Source: an uncultured Phycisphaerae bacterium | GTDB taxonomy: Bacteria; Planctomycetota; Phycisphaerae; Sedimentisphaerales; Anaerobacaceae | Assembly: GCA_963827855.1 (NCBI GenBank) | Contig: CAWHBY010000001.1 | Coordinates: 133,799 to 197,798, forward strand | Length of the DNA stretch: 64,000 nt | Reading direction: 5' to 3' | Shown: positions 45,710 through 57,365 of the stretch, one piece after another | How the letters are laid out: the number at the start of each line of letters is the position of its first letter | How positions within the stretch are numbered: the stretch's first letter is position 1 | Made by a program: the position numbers and the translations under genes | The notes under the pieces: generated by a model | Databases searched by the model: none | The model's input: only the letters and a program-made list of their open reading frames with translations | Told to the model about the DNA's origin: nothing

Positions 45710-47344
45710 TTATTTTGGGGGCCTCCCGGATCGCCATTCATGCAGCATGCGCTTGAGGCGATGCAGGATGCCGTCACTCGCCAGTTCCGTCGGAGCCGTC
45801 ACAGAGGCACGCAGCTTCTCCAGCGATTCGGCATTCTCCTTGGCGCGGGCGGCTGCCAAGTCCGAGAGCATCTGCGGGATCTCTTCCCGGAGCGACAGCA
45901 GGCGAGCGAAGGCGTCCCGGTTGAATTCGAGCAGCTCGCAGTCCGTTGTGGCCGTCATGGTCGCGCTCCTCGGCAAACCGGTCAGGAGGCTCATCTCGCC
46001 GAAAAGCGAGCCGGGTTGCAGGTCGAATTCAACGTCACGAGCGGTATCGGAGTTCATAATCCGGCCATGCACCTTTCCCTGGACCAGGACGTAGAATGAC
46101 TCTCCTTCGTCCTGTTGGCGCATCAAGGTTTCACCTCGCGTGAACCGGGTGCGTTTCACGTCCCTGGCCACTGCCTTCAGCTCGTCGCGGCTGAGCATGC
46201 AGACGCCGTCGGGGCCGGCCATGAGTTTGTGCCCGAAGTCGCTGTGCAGCAGATCGTCCACAATGCGTTCGATCTCCGTCGCCAGGGGCCTCTCGAATCG
46301 CTGGGCATGAACCGCCTGCATGAAGTTGTCGAGCATACGGCCGCTCATGGGGAATGGGATCTCGATCCCGCGGCGGGTGAACTTGTACCAGATCATCCGC
46401 ATCACATGACCTTCGATCGGCGTGCGATGCTCGTACTGCTTCGACCAGAACCGAAGCACATAGTCGATACAGAAGTCCTTAAAGCCCGTTACGTAGGCGT
46501 CTGGTTCCGGGTGCTTCTCGACTGCCGGCACGCTGTCTGCGGCCTCCAGCAGGGCGGCGATGACGTCGCCCGGTGCATCTCCGTAGCTGGCCGACACCGG
46601 TACCTCGTGCCGACGCAGGGGGGTGGGCGACGAGAAATTGCGGAGGATCGTGTCTGCGAGCTTGCCGTTGGGGACAATCACCACGTGTCCGCCGGTCGTG
46701 CGCAGCCGCGTCTCACGCCAATTGACCAGAATCACCTGCCCGATCGTTCCGTCCACGTCGATCCAGTCGCCCACCGACATGGATCGGCTCGTGTGAAGGG
46801 ACATGCCCGCCAGCAGATTACCCAACACCCCTTGCATGGCGAAACCGATGACGCCGGTCACAATTGCGGTCGAGGTGAGCAGGACGCTGATTTCCTGGTC
46901 GAGGTGGTACCGGATCAGCAGGAAGGCAACGCCCAGCATGATCGCCAGGCGGAGCAGACCACGGGTTAGACGACTGAGCGGACAGGCCCGCCCCATGTGC
47001 GAAAAACCCTCGACCAACAGCCCTTCAGCAAGCCTTACGATGGCATAGGCGGCCCAGAACAGCAGCCATGCTTCATGGTATCGCGACCAGCCTCCAGGCT
47101 CTGCGGAGCGGAGGAGCCAGGTGATCAGCGGCAAGGAAAGCACCAGCACCAGTGCGGAGAATCCGATGTAGCTCAGCAACACGCCGACAAACTGCCCGCC
47201 GGATCGCCGCACCGACTCGACGCCGTCGGAGGGGCGGTATCGGCGGTGGAGCGGGATCGCCAGCAGATAGGCCACAAGCAGCACCACTGCGGCCAATGCG
47301 ATGTTCTGGATATAAGGCACTCCCGTTTCCAGCCATTTCAGCAT
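45710..47344 (-). CDS. MscS-family channel with a C-terminal cyclic-nucleotide-binding domain (bCNG-type)
   Basis: Multi-TM N-terminus. MscS core (GDWIDVDGTIGQVILVNWRETRLRTTGGHVVIVPNGKLADTILRNFS). C-terminal cNMP-binding motifs (FTRGETLMRQQDEGESFYVLVQG..LFGEMSLLTGLPRSATMTA). Confidence 0.8.
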   Translation of the reverse strand: MLKWLETGVPYIQNIALAAVVLLVAYLLAIPLHRRYRPSDGVESVRRSGGQFVGVLLSYIGFSALVLVLSLPLITWLLRSAEPGGWSRYHEAWLLFWAAYAIVRLAEGLLVEGFSHMGRACPLSRLTRGLLRLAIMLGVAFLLIRYHLDQEISVLLTSTAIVTGVIGFAMQGVLGNLLAGMSLHTSRSMSVGDWIDVDGTIGQVILVNWRETRLRTTGGHVVIVPNGKLADTILRNFSSPTPLRRHEVPVSASYGDAPGDVIAALLEAADSVPAVEKHPEPDAYVTGFKDFCIDYVLRFWSKQYEHRTPIEGHVMRMIWYKFTRRGIEIPFPMSGRMLDNFMQAVHAQRFERPLATEIERIVDDLLHSDFGHKLMAGPDGVCMLSRDELKAVARDVKRTRFTRGETLMRQQDEGESFYVLVQGKVHGRIMNSDTARDVEFDLQPGSLFGEMSLLTGLPRSATMTATTDCELLEFNRDAFARLLSLREEIPQMLSDLAAARAKENAESLEKLRASVTAPTELASDGILHRLKRMLHEWRSGRPPK

Positions 47345-47389
47345 GATCGCACCTTTCGTTCGTACGCCGTCGGCTTGGCCACGTGTCCC

Positions 47390-48232
47390 CTATCCGCCGA
47401 TCGTCCACCCTTGCCCCGCCCGCACGAGCACGGCGTAAGAGGAGCGTGTCTTCACTTGCCGTTCCAGGGCACGCAAGGCCTTGTCGTCCGCTTCCGGGGC
47501 ATGGTGTCCCAGGAGCACCTGCTTGACGCCTGCCGACTCGGCAATCTCCAGGCCGTCCTCCCAGCACGTATGCCCCCACCCTGCAAAGCCCTCCTGGCTG
47601 GCCCTGGCGAAGTGCGCGTCGATGATGAGCATATCGGCGGGTCTCGGTTCGCAGCAGATCGCCATGAACGCCGTCTCGTACGCCGCGGTCCGATTTCGCC
47701 ACTCCAGATCTGTGGCGAACACGAGCGAAGCACCGCTGTTGGGGTCATCGATACGATAGGCCAGGCATCCCCCGGGATGCGGCACTGGACAGCCTTTCAC
47801 CCGCAAGGTCCCCACCTGGACGGGTTCCGTTGCGAACTCGGCAAACTCGAGCCGTGCGCCCATCCGCTCCCAGGACACCGGCCAGTACGGCGGCGCGAGC
47901 AGTCGCGTCACTGCATCGCGAACCCCCCCGTCGGCAAGGGTCGGCCCGACGAACCTGAAAGACCAGTCCGGCCTGTGGAACAGGGGATTCATCGTCAGCC
48001 CGGCCACGTGGTCCAGATGGTAATGTGAGAAGAGCACGGTCACCTCACCCGGCCCTCCTGCCGCCAATTGTGCGGCGACGGCATGCATGCCGGTTCCGGC
48101 ATCCAGCACCAGTCGTTCGCCTCGCGATCCGACGAGGAGCAGCGACGTCGTATCACCGCCAAATTCCTCGAAGGCCCCGCCGGTGCACGGCCGGCTCCCT
48201 CGCATCCCGCCAAAGAAGAGCCGCATGCTCAT
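47390..48232 (-). CDS. MBL-fold metallo-hydrolase, translationally coupled to the cyclase gene
   Basis: Start trimmed to ATG 48232, which overlaps the cyclase stop (ATGA). HxHxDH motif FSHYHLDHVAG. Downstream PHPGG, DLEW and LGHH motifs. Confidence 0.75.
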   Translation of the reverse strand: MSMRLFFGGMRGSRPCTGGAFEEFGGDTTSLLLVGSRGERLVLDAGTGMHAVAAQLAAGGPGEVTVLFSHYHLDHVAGLTMNPLFHRPDWSFRFVGPTLADGGVRDAVTRLLAPPYWPVSWERMGARLEFAEFATEPVQVGTLRVKGCPVPHPGGCLAYRIDDPNSGASLVFATDLEWRNRTAAYETAFMAICCEPRPADMLIIDAHFARASQEGFAGWGHTCWEDGLEIAESAGVKQVLLGHHAPEADDKALRALERQVKTRSSYAVLVRAGQGWTIGG

Positions 48233-50346
48233 TTCTCCGTCAGCCCCCATACCCCGTCCCACGACGCAGGAGGATGGGCACATAGTTGGGCGCAACGCTG
48301 GACATAGTGCTGTGCTGCCGGATCGTCAGGCAGTTGCTGGAAGGCCTCCATCGCACCGGCGAAACGGCCTTCGCGGAAATGGACCAGGCCAGCGGCGAAC
48401 GCCTCCCAACCGGCGGGCACGGGATCCGTGGCGAATCCCGTCAGTTCATAAACCTCCACGGCGGTCTTCCTGCCCACCACACGCAGGTCCGCCAGTTTGC
48501 GGCCGAGGAACTCGGAGGACACCAGGCGCCACGTACTCCCGGACACCATGGTCTCTGTGCCGAAGGCCTTGTTGGCACCCTCCAGGCGGGACGCCAGGTT
48601 TGCCGCATCCCCCAGAATCGTGTAGTTGAAGCGTTTTCGGGATCCCATATTGCCCACCACGACCTCACCGGTGTTGATCCCCACCCTCATCCGCATCGCG
48701 GCCCCCGTGCGTTTCAGGTAGGCCTCTCGAAGTTCGGCCAACCGTCGTTGACACCGCAACACCGCGCGGCAGGCACGCACGGCATGATCCGGCTGCTCCA
48801 GCGGCGCGTTCCAGAACGCAATGATTGCATCGCCCTCGTATTTGTCAAGCGTACCGCCCTCATCCAGGATGATGTCCGTCATCTCGCTGAGGTAGTCGTT
48901 GAGCAGGGCCGTCAGCTCGACGGGGCCCAGCCTCTCTGAGAACGTCGAGAATCCCGCCAGATCCGTGAACAGGATAGTCAGTTCGCGTTTCTCCCCGCCG
49001 AGTTGGAGGTGCTTAGGATCGAGGAGGATCTTCTCGATCACCTCACCACTCAAGTAGTGCCGGAAGGCCTGTTTGATGAATGCCTTCTGGCGTCCCTCCG
49101 TCCAGTAGTTTGCGGCCAGCGCGCCGACCATGCCCAGCGCCGAGGCGCTCGCTTGGGCGACGACCGGCCACCATTGTCCTTTGCCGTAGGCGGCAAACCC
49201 GATGACGATCGGCGCCGCCAGCCAAGCGAGGGCCAGCGGCCCCGCCTGCCACCATTTGCCCCCATAGGTCAGGGATAGCGATGCGGCGATGGCTGCCGCC
49301 ATCACGCCCAGAATCACCATCGATGTCGGCGCATCGGCGATAAAGGAGTCCGTGAGTAGGTTGTCTACGAACGTCGTGTGCAGGACGACGCCGGGACATT
49401 TGGGATTGACCGGGATCGGTCGCAGGTCCAGCAAACCCGGCGCGCTATACCCGACAAAGACGTAGCAGTCTTTGAAGATCTCCGGAGATAGGGGGGCTTT
49501 GTCGCCGTCGCGCAGTCGTAGCTCGGACTGGATGACCGACGCGGCAGAAACCGCTTCCGGCAGACCATCGCGACCCCGGAATCGCAGGATCGCCTTGCCG
49601 TGCCGGTCGAGAGCCACGATCTTGTCCCCCACGCGCAGTTCCCTGCCCGAACCCGTGATGGATGCGGATTCCGCACGCGCAGTCAGCCACGCCGCCAACC
49701 CGAGCGTTGGGACCGAGATCCCGTCAAAACGGCAAAAGGGTGAGATCCGGCGAAATACGCCATCGGCATCGGGCGAGCCGGCGACGTGTCCCACAGCCGC
49801 CGCGCCGGCGGCCACGTCCTGAACCGGGAACAGCAGCCTGACTTCTTCCGCCATGGCGGGCAAGTCGATCTTCAGGTTCGGATGTGGCATATAGTCCGGC
49901 CATGCCTTCCGGTCCCCGCCCGGCATGACCGCCAGGACCGCTGGGGTACCGGCCTTCAATGCCTGTCCCATGGCCTCGTCGTCCGGGACTCCACGCCCAG
50001 AGGGCTCGGTGAAGAGCACGTCAATGGAAAGGACCCGGGCACCGCCTCTCGCACAGAACGCCGGGATCGCGCCATACACCTCCCGGGGCCACGGCCAGCC
50101 CCAATCAGGATTCTCGCGTTGCGCCCAATCCAGACTGTTCTGGTCCACCAAGATCAGTTTGACCTTTGGGGAGGGGATCTCTCGCTGCGAAAAGAACCTG
50201 GCTCGCCACGTCCAGGTCGGGGCCTCCCAGGATTCGAGCCAGCCCAGGTGCCACACGAGCAATGCCATCACTGCGGCGACCAGGCCGATCCCCGTGCCGC
50301 GCACCCACTTGCCGCCGAAAAGCGTTCGGAAACCCGTTGTGGCCAT
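48229..50346 (-). CDS. CHASE2-domain class III adenylate/guanylate cyclase
   Basis: TM1 GIGLVAAVMALLVW, then a periplasmic region of about 300 aa (KLILVDQNSLDW..VLSIDVLF), a three-TM block, and the cyclase core ELTILFTDLAGFSTFSERL..YEGDAIIAFWNAP..RVGINTGEVVVGNMGS..YTILGDAANLASRLEG. Confidence 0.85.
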   Translation of the reverse strand: MATTGFRTLFGGKWVRGTGIGLVAAVMALLVWHLGWLESWEAPTWTWRARFFSQREIPSPKVKLILVDQNSLDWAQRENPDWGWPWPREVYGAIPAFCARGGARVLSIDVLFTEPSGRGVPDDEAMGQALKAGTPAVLAVMPGGDRKAWPDYMPHPNLKIDLPAMAEEVRLLFPVQDVAAGAAAVGHVAGSPDADGVFRRISPFCRFDGISVPTLGLAAWLTARAESASITGSGRELRVGDKIVALDRHGKAILRFRGRDGLPEAVSAASVIQSELRLRDGDKAPLSPEIFKDCYVFVGYSAPGLLDLRPIPVNPKCPGVVLHTTFVDNLLTDSFIADAPTSMVILGVMAAAIAASLSLTYGGKWWQAGPLALAWLAAPIVIGFAAYGKGQWWPVVAQASASALGMVGALAANYWTEGRQKAFIKQAFRHYLSGEVIEKILLDPKHLQLGGEKRELTILFTDLAGFSTFSERLGPVELTALLNDYLSEMTDIILDEGGTLDKYEGDAIIAFWNAPLEQPDHAVRACRAVLRCQRRLAELREAYLKRTGAAMRMRVGINTGEVVVGNMGSRKRFNYTILGDAANLASRLEGANKAFGTETMVSGSTWRLVSSEFLGRKLADLRVVGRKTAVEVYELTGFATDPVPAGWEAFAAGLVHFREGRFAGAMEAFQQLPDDPAAQHYVQRCAQLCAHPPASWDGVWGLTEK

Positions 50347-50370
50347 GCCGTCCTTCCGCCTTGGGGGACT

Positions 50371-51297
50371 CTACCTGCCGGCTACGATCGGCCGCATGGC
50401 CGCAGCAAAGCGTTGCTGCCTGACGGTATCAGGGGTTGACTCGGCTTCCTTGATCACGGTGCGAAGCGCGTCAATGCGGCTCTGTGCTGACGGATGTGTC
50501 TTGGCGAATCCGAGCCCTCCCGCATCGGTCAGCCGCGTATTCATGCGCTGCAACATGGTGATGATCGCCGCCGCCGGGTAGCCGGCACGCCGCAGCAGTT
50601 GCACTGCAGCGGCATCCGCATCGCGTTCCTGGGTCCGCGAGTAGCCGCTGGTCGTGAGGGTCATCACCACGTCGCCCACCGATCCCTCGAACTCGCGGGT
50701 CAACGACGCCAGCTCCTCGCCGCCCAACTGCTTGGCGGACTCCGCCGCGACCACCGTGAACGCCTCGGTCAGACGTCCCTGCTGGATTGCACTGAGTCCG
50801 TGCTTCTTCTCAACGTGACAGATCTCGTGCGCCAGCACCGCTGCCAGCTCGTCCTCGTTCTCGCAACACCGCAACATCCCACGGGTCACCAGGATCAGGC
50901 CGCCCGGCGCGGCAAACGCATTGATCTCGTCGGAGTCCAGCATCAGAAAATGGTAGCCGCCAAACGTCTCGGGCCGATCGGAGAAGATCGCCAACGACTG
51001 ACCGAGTAGATTCAGATAGGCATTCGCCTGGGGCCGATCCAGGGGCGGGTAGGTCTGAAACACCCGCGCCGCCACGGCACGCCCGATGTAGTACTCCTGT
51101 TCCGGCGTCAGATCCTGCCACGTCTTGCCAATGGCCTTCGCGCCTCGGGTGATCGAGTCTGCCTGGCTGCTGGATATCATTCCGGTCCCCTGTGCGACCT
51201 GAGAGCCCATCTCGGTGACTGTCTCGCAACCGGAGAACAGCATCGCTGCGCACAAGCCCGATACCAGTAGGGTCCAGAGTGCGGGTCTCTCGTTCAT
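50371..51297 (-). CDS. M48-family zinc metallopeptidase, probable lipoprotein
   Basis: Leader ..LCAAMLFSGC. HEICHVEKKH (HExxH). NAFAAPGGLILVTRGML. Downstream ERDAD motif. The start overlaps the upstream stop (ATGA). Confidence 0.85.
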   Translation of the reverse strand: MNERPALWTLLVSGLCAAMLFSGCETVTEMGSQVAQGTGMISSSQADSITRGAKAIGKTWQDLTPEQEYYIGRAVAARVFQTYPPLDRPQANAYLNLLGQSLAIFSDRPETFGGYHFLMLDSDEINAFAAPGGLILVTRGMLRCCENEDELAAVLAHEICHVEKKHGLSAIQQGRLTEAFTVVAAESAKQLGGEELASLTREFEGSVGDVVMTLTTSGYSRTQERDADAAAVQLLRRAGYPAAAIITMLQRMNTRLTDAGGLGFAKTHPSAQSRIDALRTVIKEAESTPDTVRQQRFAAAMRPIVAGR

Positions 51298-51758
51298 TGG
51301 ACACCTCCAGCCAGATGGCCTTGTGCGCGGAATTGCTCAATCCGGTCGGCAGCGGTGTTAAATGCCGCCATGCGGTCCACCCAGGTGTAATCAAGCTTCC
51401 CGTCCTTCCTGAGCTTGGCCTCGACCTGCTCGTTGAAGCCCTTGCCTGCAAGGGCGACTTCATCGGACGAGACACCGGTGGCCGTGTCCGTGGCGCCTGC
51501 CCGCATGGCGATCGGCTTCTTGGAGAGTGCCGACTCGTGGAGCCAGCCTGTCTTGCCGTCGGCCGTGGTCACCGGGTACCAGCCGTTTTGGATCGCCCCG
51601 GCTTCAACGGCTGCGCCGTACGCCACCGTGGCGACGACACGGCCCAACTGCGAAGGAGTCGCCCGCACCTTGCCATCTCGTACCTGAATGCTCATCTGCG
51701 CCGCGAATGCCACGCCTGCCGAGAACGCAAGCAGTGCCAACACAACCTTGATCCTCAT
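51294..51758 (-). CDS. Secreted SH3b-domain protein
   Basis: Start trimmed to ATG 51758 (MRIKVVLALLAFSAGVAFA). SH3_3-like segment VRDGKVRATPSQLGRVVATVAYGAAVEAGAIQNGWYPVTTADGKTGWLHESAL. Confidence 0.65.
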   Translation of the reverse strand: MRIKVVLALLAFSAGVAFAAQMSIQVRDGKVRATPSQLGRVVATVAYGAAVEAGAIQNGWYPVTTADGKTGWLHESALSKKPIAMRAGATDTATGVSSDEVALAGKGFNEQVEAKLRKDGKLDYTWVDRMAAFNTAADRIEQFRAQGHLAGGVQ

Positions 51759-51911
51759 GACATCGGCCTCCCGTGAAAGCGTATTCCATTCCCGGTGTCC
51801 GAAGCCCAAGACGTGCATCGGACAGCACCGGATGCCATGCTATCCGGTACTGCCCCGAAAGCAAGCTCGCCGCCCTCAATTTGCGACGGCCTGCACTGTG
51901 AGATTATCTCT

Positions 51912-53030
51912 TCACCAGGCTCTCCCATGGCTACGGCCGGTGTTACAGCCACCCACATTCTGCAACTCGGCCGGGTCGGCTGAGAACCACTTGCCCTTGA
52001 GCCACAGGCTCACGTTCACCAGACCGATGAGCACGGGCACCTCCACCAGCGGGCCGATGACCGCGGCAAATGCCGCCCCATGGTTGATGCCGAATACACC
52101 CACCGCTACCGCGATGGCCAGCTCGAAGTTGTTGCTCGCGGCTGTGAAGGACAGCGTGGCCGACTTGGCGTAGTTGGCCCCGGCCTTCTTGCCCATCCAG
52201 AAACTCACCAGGAACATGACCACGAAGTAGATCAACAGCGGGATGGCGATTCGCACGACGTCCAGCGGTTTGGCGATGATCTTCTGACCCTGCATGGAGA
52301 ACATGACCACGATGGTGAACAGAAGGGCTATCAGGGTGATGGGGCTGATCTTTGGAATGAACCGCCCGTGATACCACTCCTTGCCCTTGGTCTTGACCAG
52401 GACGAGCCGAGTGAGCATGCCGACCAGGAACGGGATGCCGAGGTAGATGAAGACGCTCCTCGCAATCTCGCCGACGGTGATCTTCGATGTGTCGGCGCCC
52501 TGGAAGCCAAGCAGGGGCGGGAGCACCGTGATGAACAGATAGGCGTATACGCTGTAGAAGAGCACCTGGAATATGGAGTTGAAGGCCACCAGGCCCGCGC
52601 AGTACTCGGTGTCGCCCTTGGCGAGGTCATTCCACACGATGACCATGGCAATACAACGGGCCAGGCCGATCATGATCAGGCCGATCATGAACTCAGGCTG
52701 GCCCCTGAGGAACAACACGGCCAGAACGAACATCAGTATGGGGCCGATGATCCAGTTTTGCACGAGGCTCAGGCCCAGCACCCGCCAGTTGCGGAAGACG
52801 TCGCCCAGTTCTTCGTACTTGACCTTGGCCAGGGGCGGATACATCATGAGGATCAGCCCGAGGGCAATTGGAATGCTGGTCTGTGTCCCTTCCGGGCGGA
52901 GGGAGCCGATCCAATTACCGACTGCCGGGGCAGAATAGCCCATCACCACACCGACGGCCATCGCCAGGAAGATCCACAACGTCAAGAACCGGTCCAGAAA
53001 TGAAAGCCTCTTTGCGATTCCTTCGCTCAT
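51912..53030 (-). CDS. acr3: ACR3-family arsenite efflux transporter
   Basis: Start trimmed to ATG 53030 ([24 protein letters not shown]). Motifs [27 protein letters not shown] and [11 protein letters not shown]. Confidence 0.9.
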   Translation of the reverse strand: MSEGIAKRLSFLDRFLTLWIFLAMAVGVVMGYSAPAVGNWIGSLRPEGTQTSIPIALGLILMMYPPLAKVKYEELGDVFRNWRVLGLSLVQNWIIGPILMFVLAVLFLRGQPEFMIGLIMIGLARCIAMVIVWNDLAKGDTEYCAGLVAFNSIFQVLFYSVYAYLFITVLPPLLGFQGADTSKITVGEIARSVFIYLGIPFLVGMLTRLVLVKTKGKEWYHGRFIPKISPITLIALLFTIVVMFSMQGQKIIAKPLDVVRIAIPLLIYFVVMFLVSFWMGKKAGANYAKSATLSFTAASNNFELAIAVAVGVFGINHGAAFAAVIGPLVEVPVLIGLVNVSLWLKGKWFSADPAELQNVGGCNTGRSHGRAW

Positions 53031-53043
53031 AGACAGACTCCTG

Positions 53044-54615
53044 TCACGAGTGCTTCGTTGCGCTTCGACCAAAGCAACAAGCCGGGGTATCCTGTACTGG
53101 CGAATCCAACAGGCCTTTCGCAAAGTCCTTCATGGCGGACATAGAGCCCTTCTCAACCTGATGACCGACGTTCACAGCCTCGCGGATATCCTGGTCGTCG
53201 ATCCCCATCTCCTGGGCCTTGCCCAGATGGTACTTCAGGCAGGGCTGGCAGTGGGCCGTGACCGATGCACCCAAGGCAATCAGCTCCTTGAGCCTGGGCG
53301 CAAGCGTCTGGCCCGGCTTGACCGCCGAGATGCTCAGACTTGTCACGAAGTCACTGGGCTTCGTGCCCGCCGGGACCTTGGCAGCGATATCGCGGTACAG
53401 GGGATCTGACCATGAGGCCATGCTGTCCACGTAGTTGGCCTTGGCCTCAAACATCGCATCAGCCAGGCCTGCGGCCTCGACCATGGCCTTGGTCTCATCC
53501 ACGAGTACTGCCCCGGCCACGCACCCGATCAGGGCCTGTACGGACTGGCGGATCTCTTCAGGCAGGGACCGCAGCAGGGCAAGGTCCGACACGGCCACCC
53601 GGCCACCCGGCCTGAGCACCCTGGCGATCTCCCGCCAGACCTGGGCCTTGTCGGGCGAGAGGTTGATTACGCAGTTCGAGATCACCACGTCCACACTGGC
53701 GTCCGCCACAGGCAGGTGCTCTATCTCTCCGAGCCTGAACTCGACATTGGCAAGCCCCGTCTTTTGCCGAAAGACCTCGATCCCGGCCCTTGCCTTGGTT
53801 ACCATGTCGGCTGTCATGTCTACGCCGATAGCGAGGCCCTTGGCCCCTACCTTCTTGGCTGCGACGAATACGTCCAAGCCTGCCCCAGCCCCAAGGTCCA
53901 GGACCACCTCGCCCTCACGGAGGGATGCCAAGGCGGTCGGGTTGCCGCAGGACAGGCCCATGTTCGCACCTTCCGGGAGGTCCTTTAGATCGGCCTGATC
54001 GTATCCGACGGCCTCTGTCACAGAAGCGGCTGTCGGACCACCGCAACAGGACGACGGCCCGCAGCACGAGCCACCCTGCTGGGCGATCTTGCCGTATTCC
54101 TGGCGTACCACGCTCCGCACGTCCTTATCCGTGCCACCTGTACTCATACTTGAGCCTCCATTCGTTGATGTCTCTGTCGAGAGGTTCTCCGGCATGCCCT
54201 GGACAAAGGCTCGGATCTGGTCTCTGACCCGGCGATAGCAGTCCAGTGCCTCCTTTTCGGTCTTGGCCTGGGCAGCCAGTCTGGGCGGGTCATCGAAACC
54301 GACGTGGATGACCTTCGTCCTGCCTGGAAAGAACGGGCACTGTTCATGCGCGTTGTCACAGACCGTGACGACATAGTCGAAGGGGATGCCCTTCAGTTCG
54401 TCCACGTGCTTGGACCGCTGGCCGGAGATATCCACGCCGGCTTCGGCCGTGACCTTGACGGCCCTGGGGTCGAGGCCATGCGGGTCGATCCCCGCCGAAT
54501 AGGGCTCAATCACGTCGCCTTTGAGGTGCCGGGTCCAGCCCTCGGCCATCTGGCTCCGGCAGGAATTGCCCGTGCACAAGAACAAGATCTTCAGCCTTTT
54601 CGTTGGTTGCAGCAC
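53044..54615 (-). CDS. Triple fusion: thioredoxin-coupled ArsC (LMW-PTP type), ArsM As(III) SAM-methyltransferase, and a CMD/AhpD-like domain
   Basis: aa 8-145: [30 protein letters not shown]. aa ~160-440: [55 protein letters not shown]. aa ~445-523: [20 protein letters not shown]. Confidence 0.85.
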   Translation of the reverse strand: MLQPTKRLKILFLCTGNSCRSQMAEGWTRHLKGDVIEPYSAGIDPHGLDPRAVKVTAEAGVDISGQRSKHVDELKGIPFDYVVTVCDNAHEQCPFFPGRTKVIHVGFDDPPRLAAQAKTEKEALDCYRRVRDQIRAFVQGMPENLSTETSTNGGSSMSTGGTDKDVRSVVRQEYGKIAQQGGSCCGPSSCCGGPTAASVTEAVGYDQADLKDLPEGANMGLSCGNPTALASLREGEVVLDLGAGAGLDVFVAAKKVGAKGLAIGVDMTADMVTKARAGIEVFRQKTGLANVEFRLGEIEHLPVADASVDVVISNCVINLSPDKAQVWREIARVLRPGGRVAVSDLALLRSLPEEIRQSVQALIGCVAGAVLVDETKAMVEAAGLADAMFEAKANYVDSMASWSDPLYRDIAAKVPAGTKPSDFVTSLSISAVKPGQTLAPRLKELIALGASVTAHCQPCLKYHLGKAQEMGIDDQDIREAVNVGHQVEKGSMSAMKDFAKGLLDSPVQDTPACCFGRSATKHS

Positions 54616-54953
54616 AGGTGCTCCTTGTTCATCCTCAGGACCTTGCCAAGTGCCCGTTTGTCATTCTGGATGATCGGGTCCTCCCGGCCGTGGGCTGTGG
54701 CCCATTCGATGGCCTGTTGGATGGCCTGGCCTGGTTGATCGGCCAGTCTGTAATGCATCCACCGACCTTCCTTTCGGGCCTCGACCAGCCCCGCCTGCTT
54801 GAGGATCGAGATGTGCTTGGACACGGTCGAGGTGGCGAGCTGCAGAACCTCTGTGACTTGGCAGACGCACAGTTCACCACCTGCCAGCATCGATACTACC
54901 CTGACTCGGTTCAGGTCCGATAGGGCCTTGGCAATCGCTACGACTGGGTTCAT
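54591..54953 (-). CDS. arsR: ArsR/SmtB-family metalloregulator
   Basis: 120 aa. LSDLNRVRVVSMLAGGELCVCQVTEVLQLATSTVSKHISILKQAGLV (CVC metal site). First gene of the ars operon. Its stop overlaps the start of the next gene by 25 nt. Confidence 0.9.
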   Translation of the reverse strand: MNPVVAIAKALSDLNRVRVVSMLAGGELCVCQVTEVLQLATSTVSKHISILKQAGLVEARKEGRWMHYRLADQPGQAIQQAIEWATAHGREDPIIQNDKRALGKVLRMNKEHLCCNQRKG

Positions 54954-54968
54954 GGTCCATTCCTATAT

Positions 54969-55013
54969 TTAGCTAACTGACGAAATAATAGCTAATCCAG
55001 CTATCCCTGTCAA
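54969..55013 (-). promoter_or_regulatory. arsR promoter with candidate ArsR operator boxes
   Basis: Minus strand: TTGACA (55013-55008), a 17-nt spacer, TATTAT (54990-54985). Palindrome TTAGCTAA (54969-54976), ATAGCTAA (54988-54995) and AGCTA (54999-55003) overlap the spacer, the -10 element and the early transcript. Confidence 0.55.
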
Positions 55014-55118
55014 TTCAAAATCGGAGTTCTTGCTGCCAATGTTGATGAAGAATCGGTGTCGGAACCAGTTGGAGTGGCCCCTGGATGCGTTTTCGGGTCT
55101 TGTTGTTTGTCTTCACCT

Positions 55119-56801
<1,683 letters not shown>

Positions 56802-57365
56802 AGCAAGAGCCTCAAGAAACGAATCCTAAGCGTAAATCGTTCGGCAGGTCGGCGGGCGAGAAGGCCGCGATAACGGCACGGGAAATGCAAGCCAACAGGC
56901 AAAACGACAGGAGGGATGGCCGAAAATCAGGGTGGAGTAACACCGCGCCCGAGCCAGATTACCTCGGAGCGGCAGTTCCACCATGATGGTGCAACAATCA
57001 GCATGTGGACATCTTACCAACGGCTACGGGAGATGTCAACCCTAAGATCCTGATTGATTCACATCTCAATTCACTGTACATGGCCCCGTGCACGGCGTTC
57101 GGCAGGTCGACATGTTCCCCTGAGATGAATCCGATGATATGCCGGTCCAGGACCTCCGTAAAGTGGGATATAGGAAGAATCTCCCCGGGGCATCTGTGAC
57201 CGGGTAGGCCCAACCGGACCGCCGTCTCAAAGCCACCTTGTCGGATCCGGCCGGTCCGTTTCCGGACCGGGTCTGCGCGTCAGACGAGTCTCAGAGCGAC
57301 CTTGCCGCTCAAGGCAAAGCCATGTGTCTCTTCTCCTTTCATCAAATATGCAGCGGTGGGGGATG

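Noticed and set aside
56802-57365. 564-bp gap, partly low-GC, between prfC and ccdA, with small ORFs (56998..57213 minus, 57005..57199 plus)
   Set aside because: The ORF products match nothing I recognise and lack an RBS. There is a GC-rich hairpin (CCGGTCCG/CGGACCGG at about 57250-57275) without a U-tract. This may be a decayed gene remnant or a long prfC leader, but nothing here is supportable.
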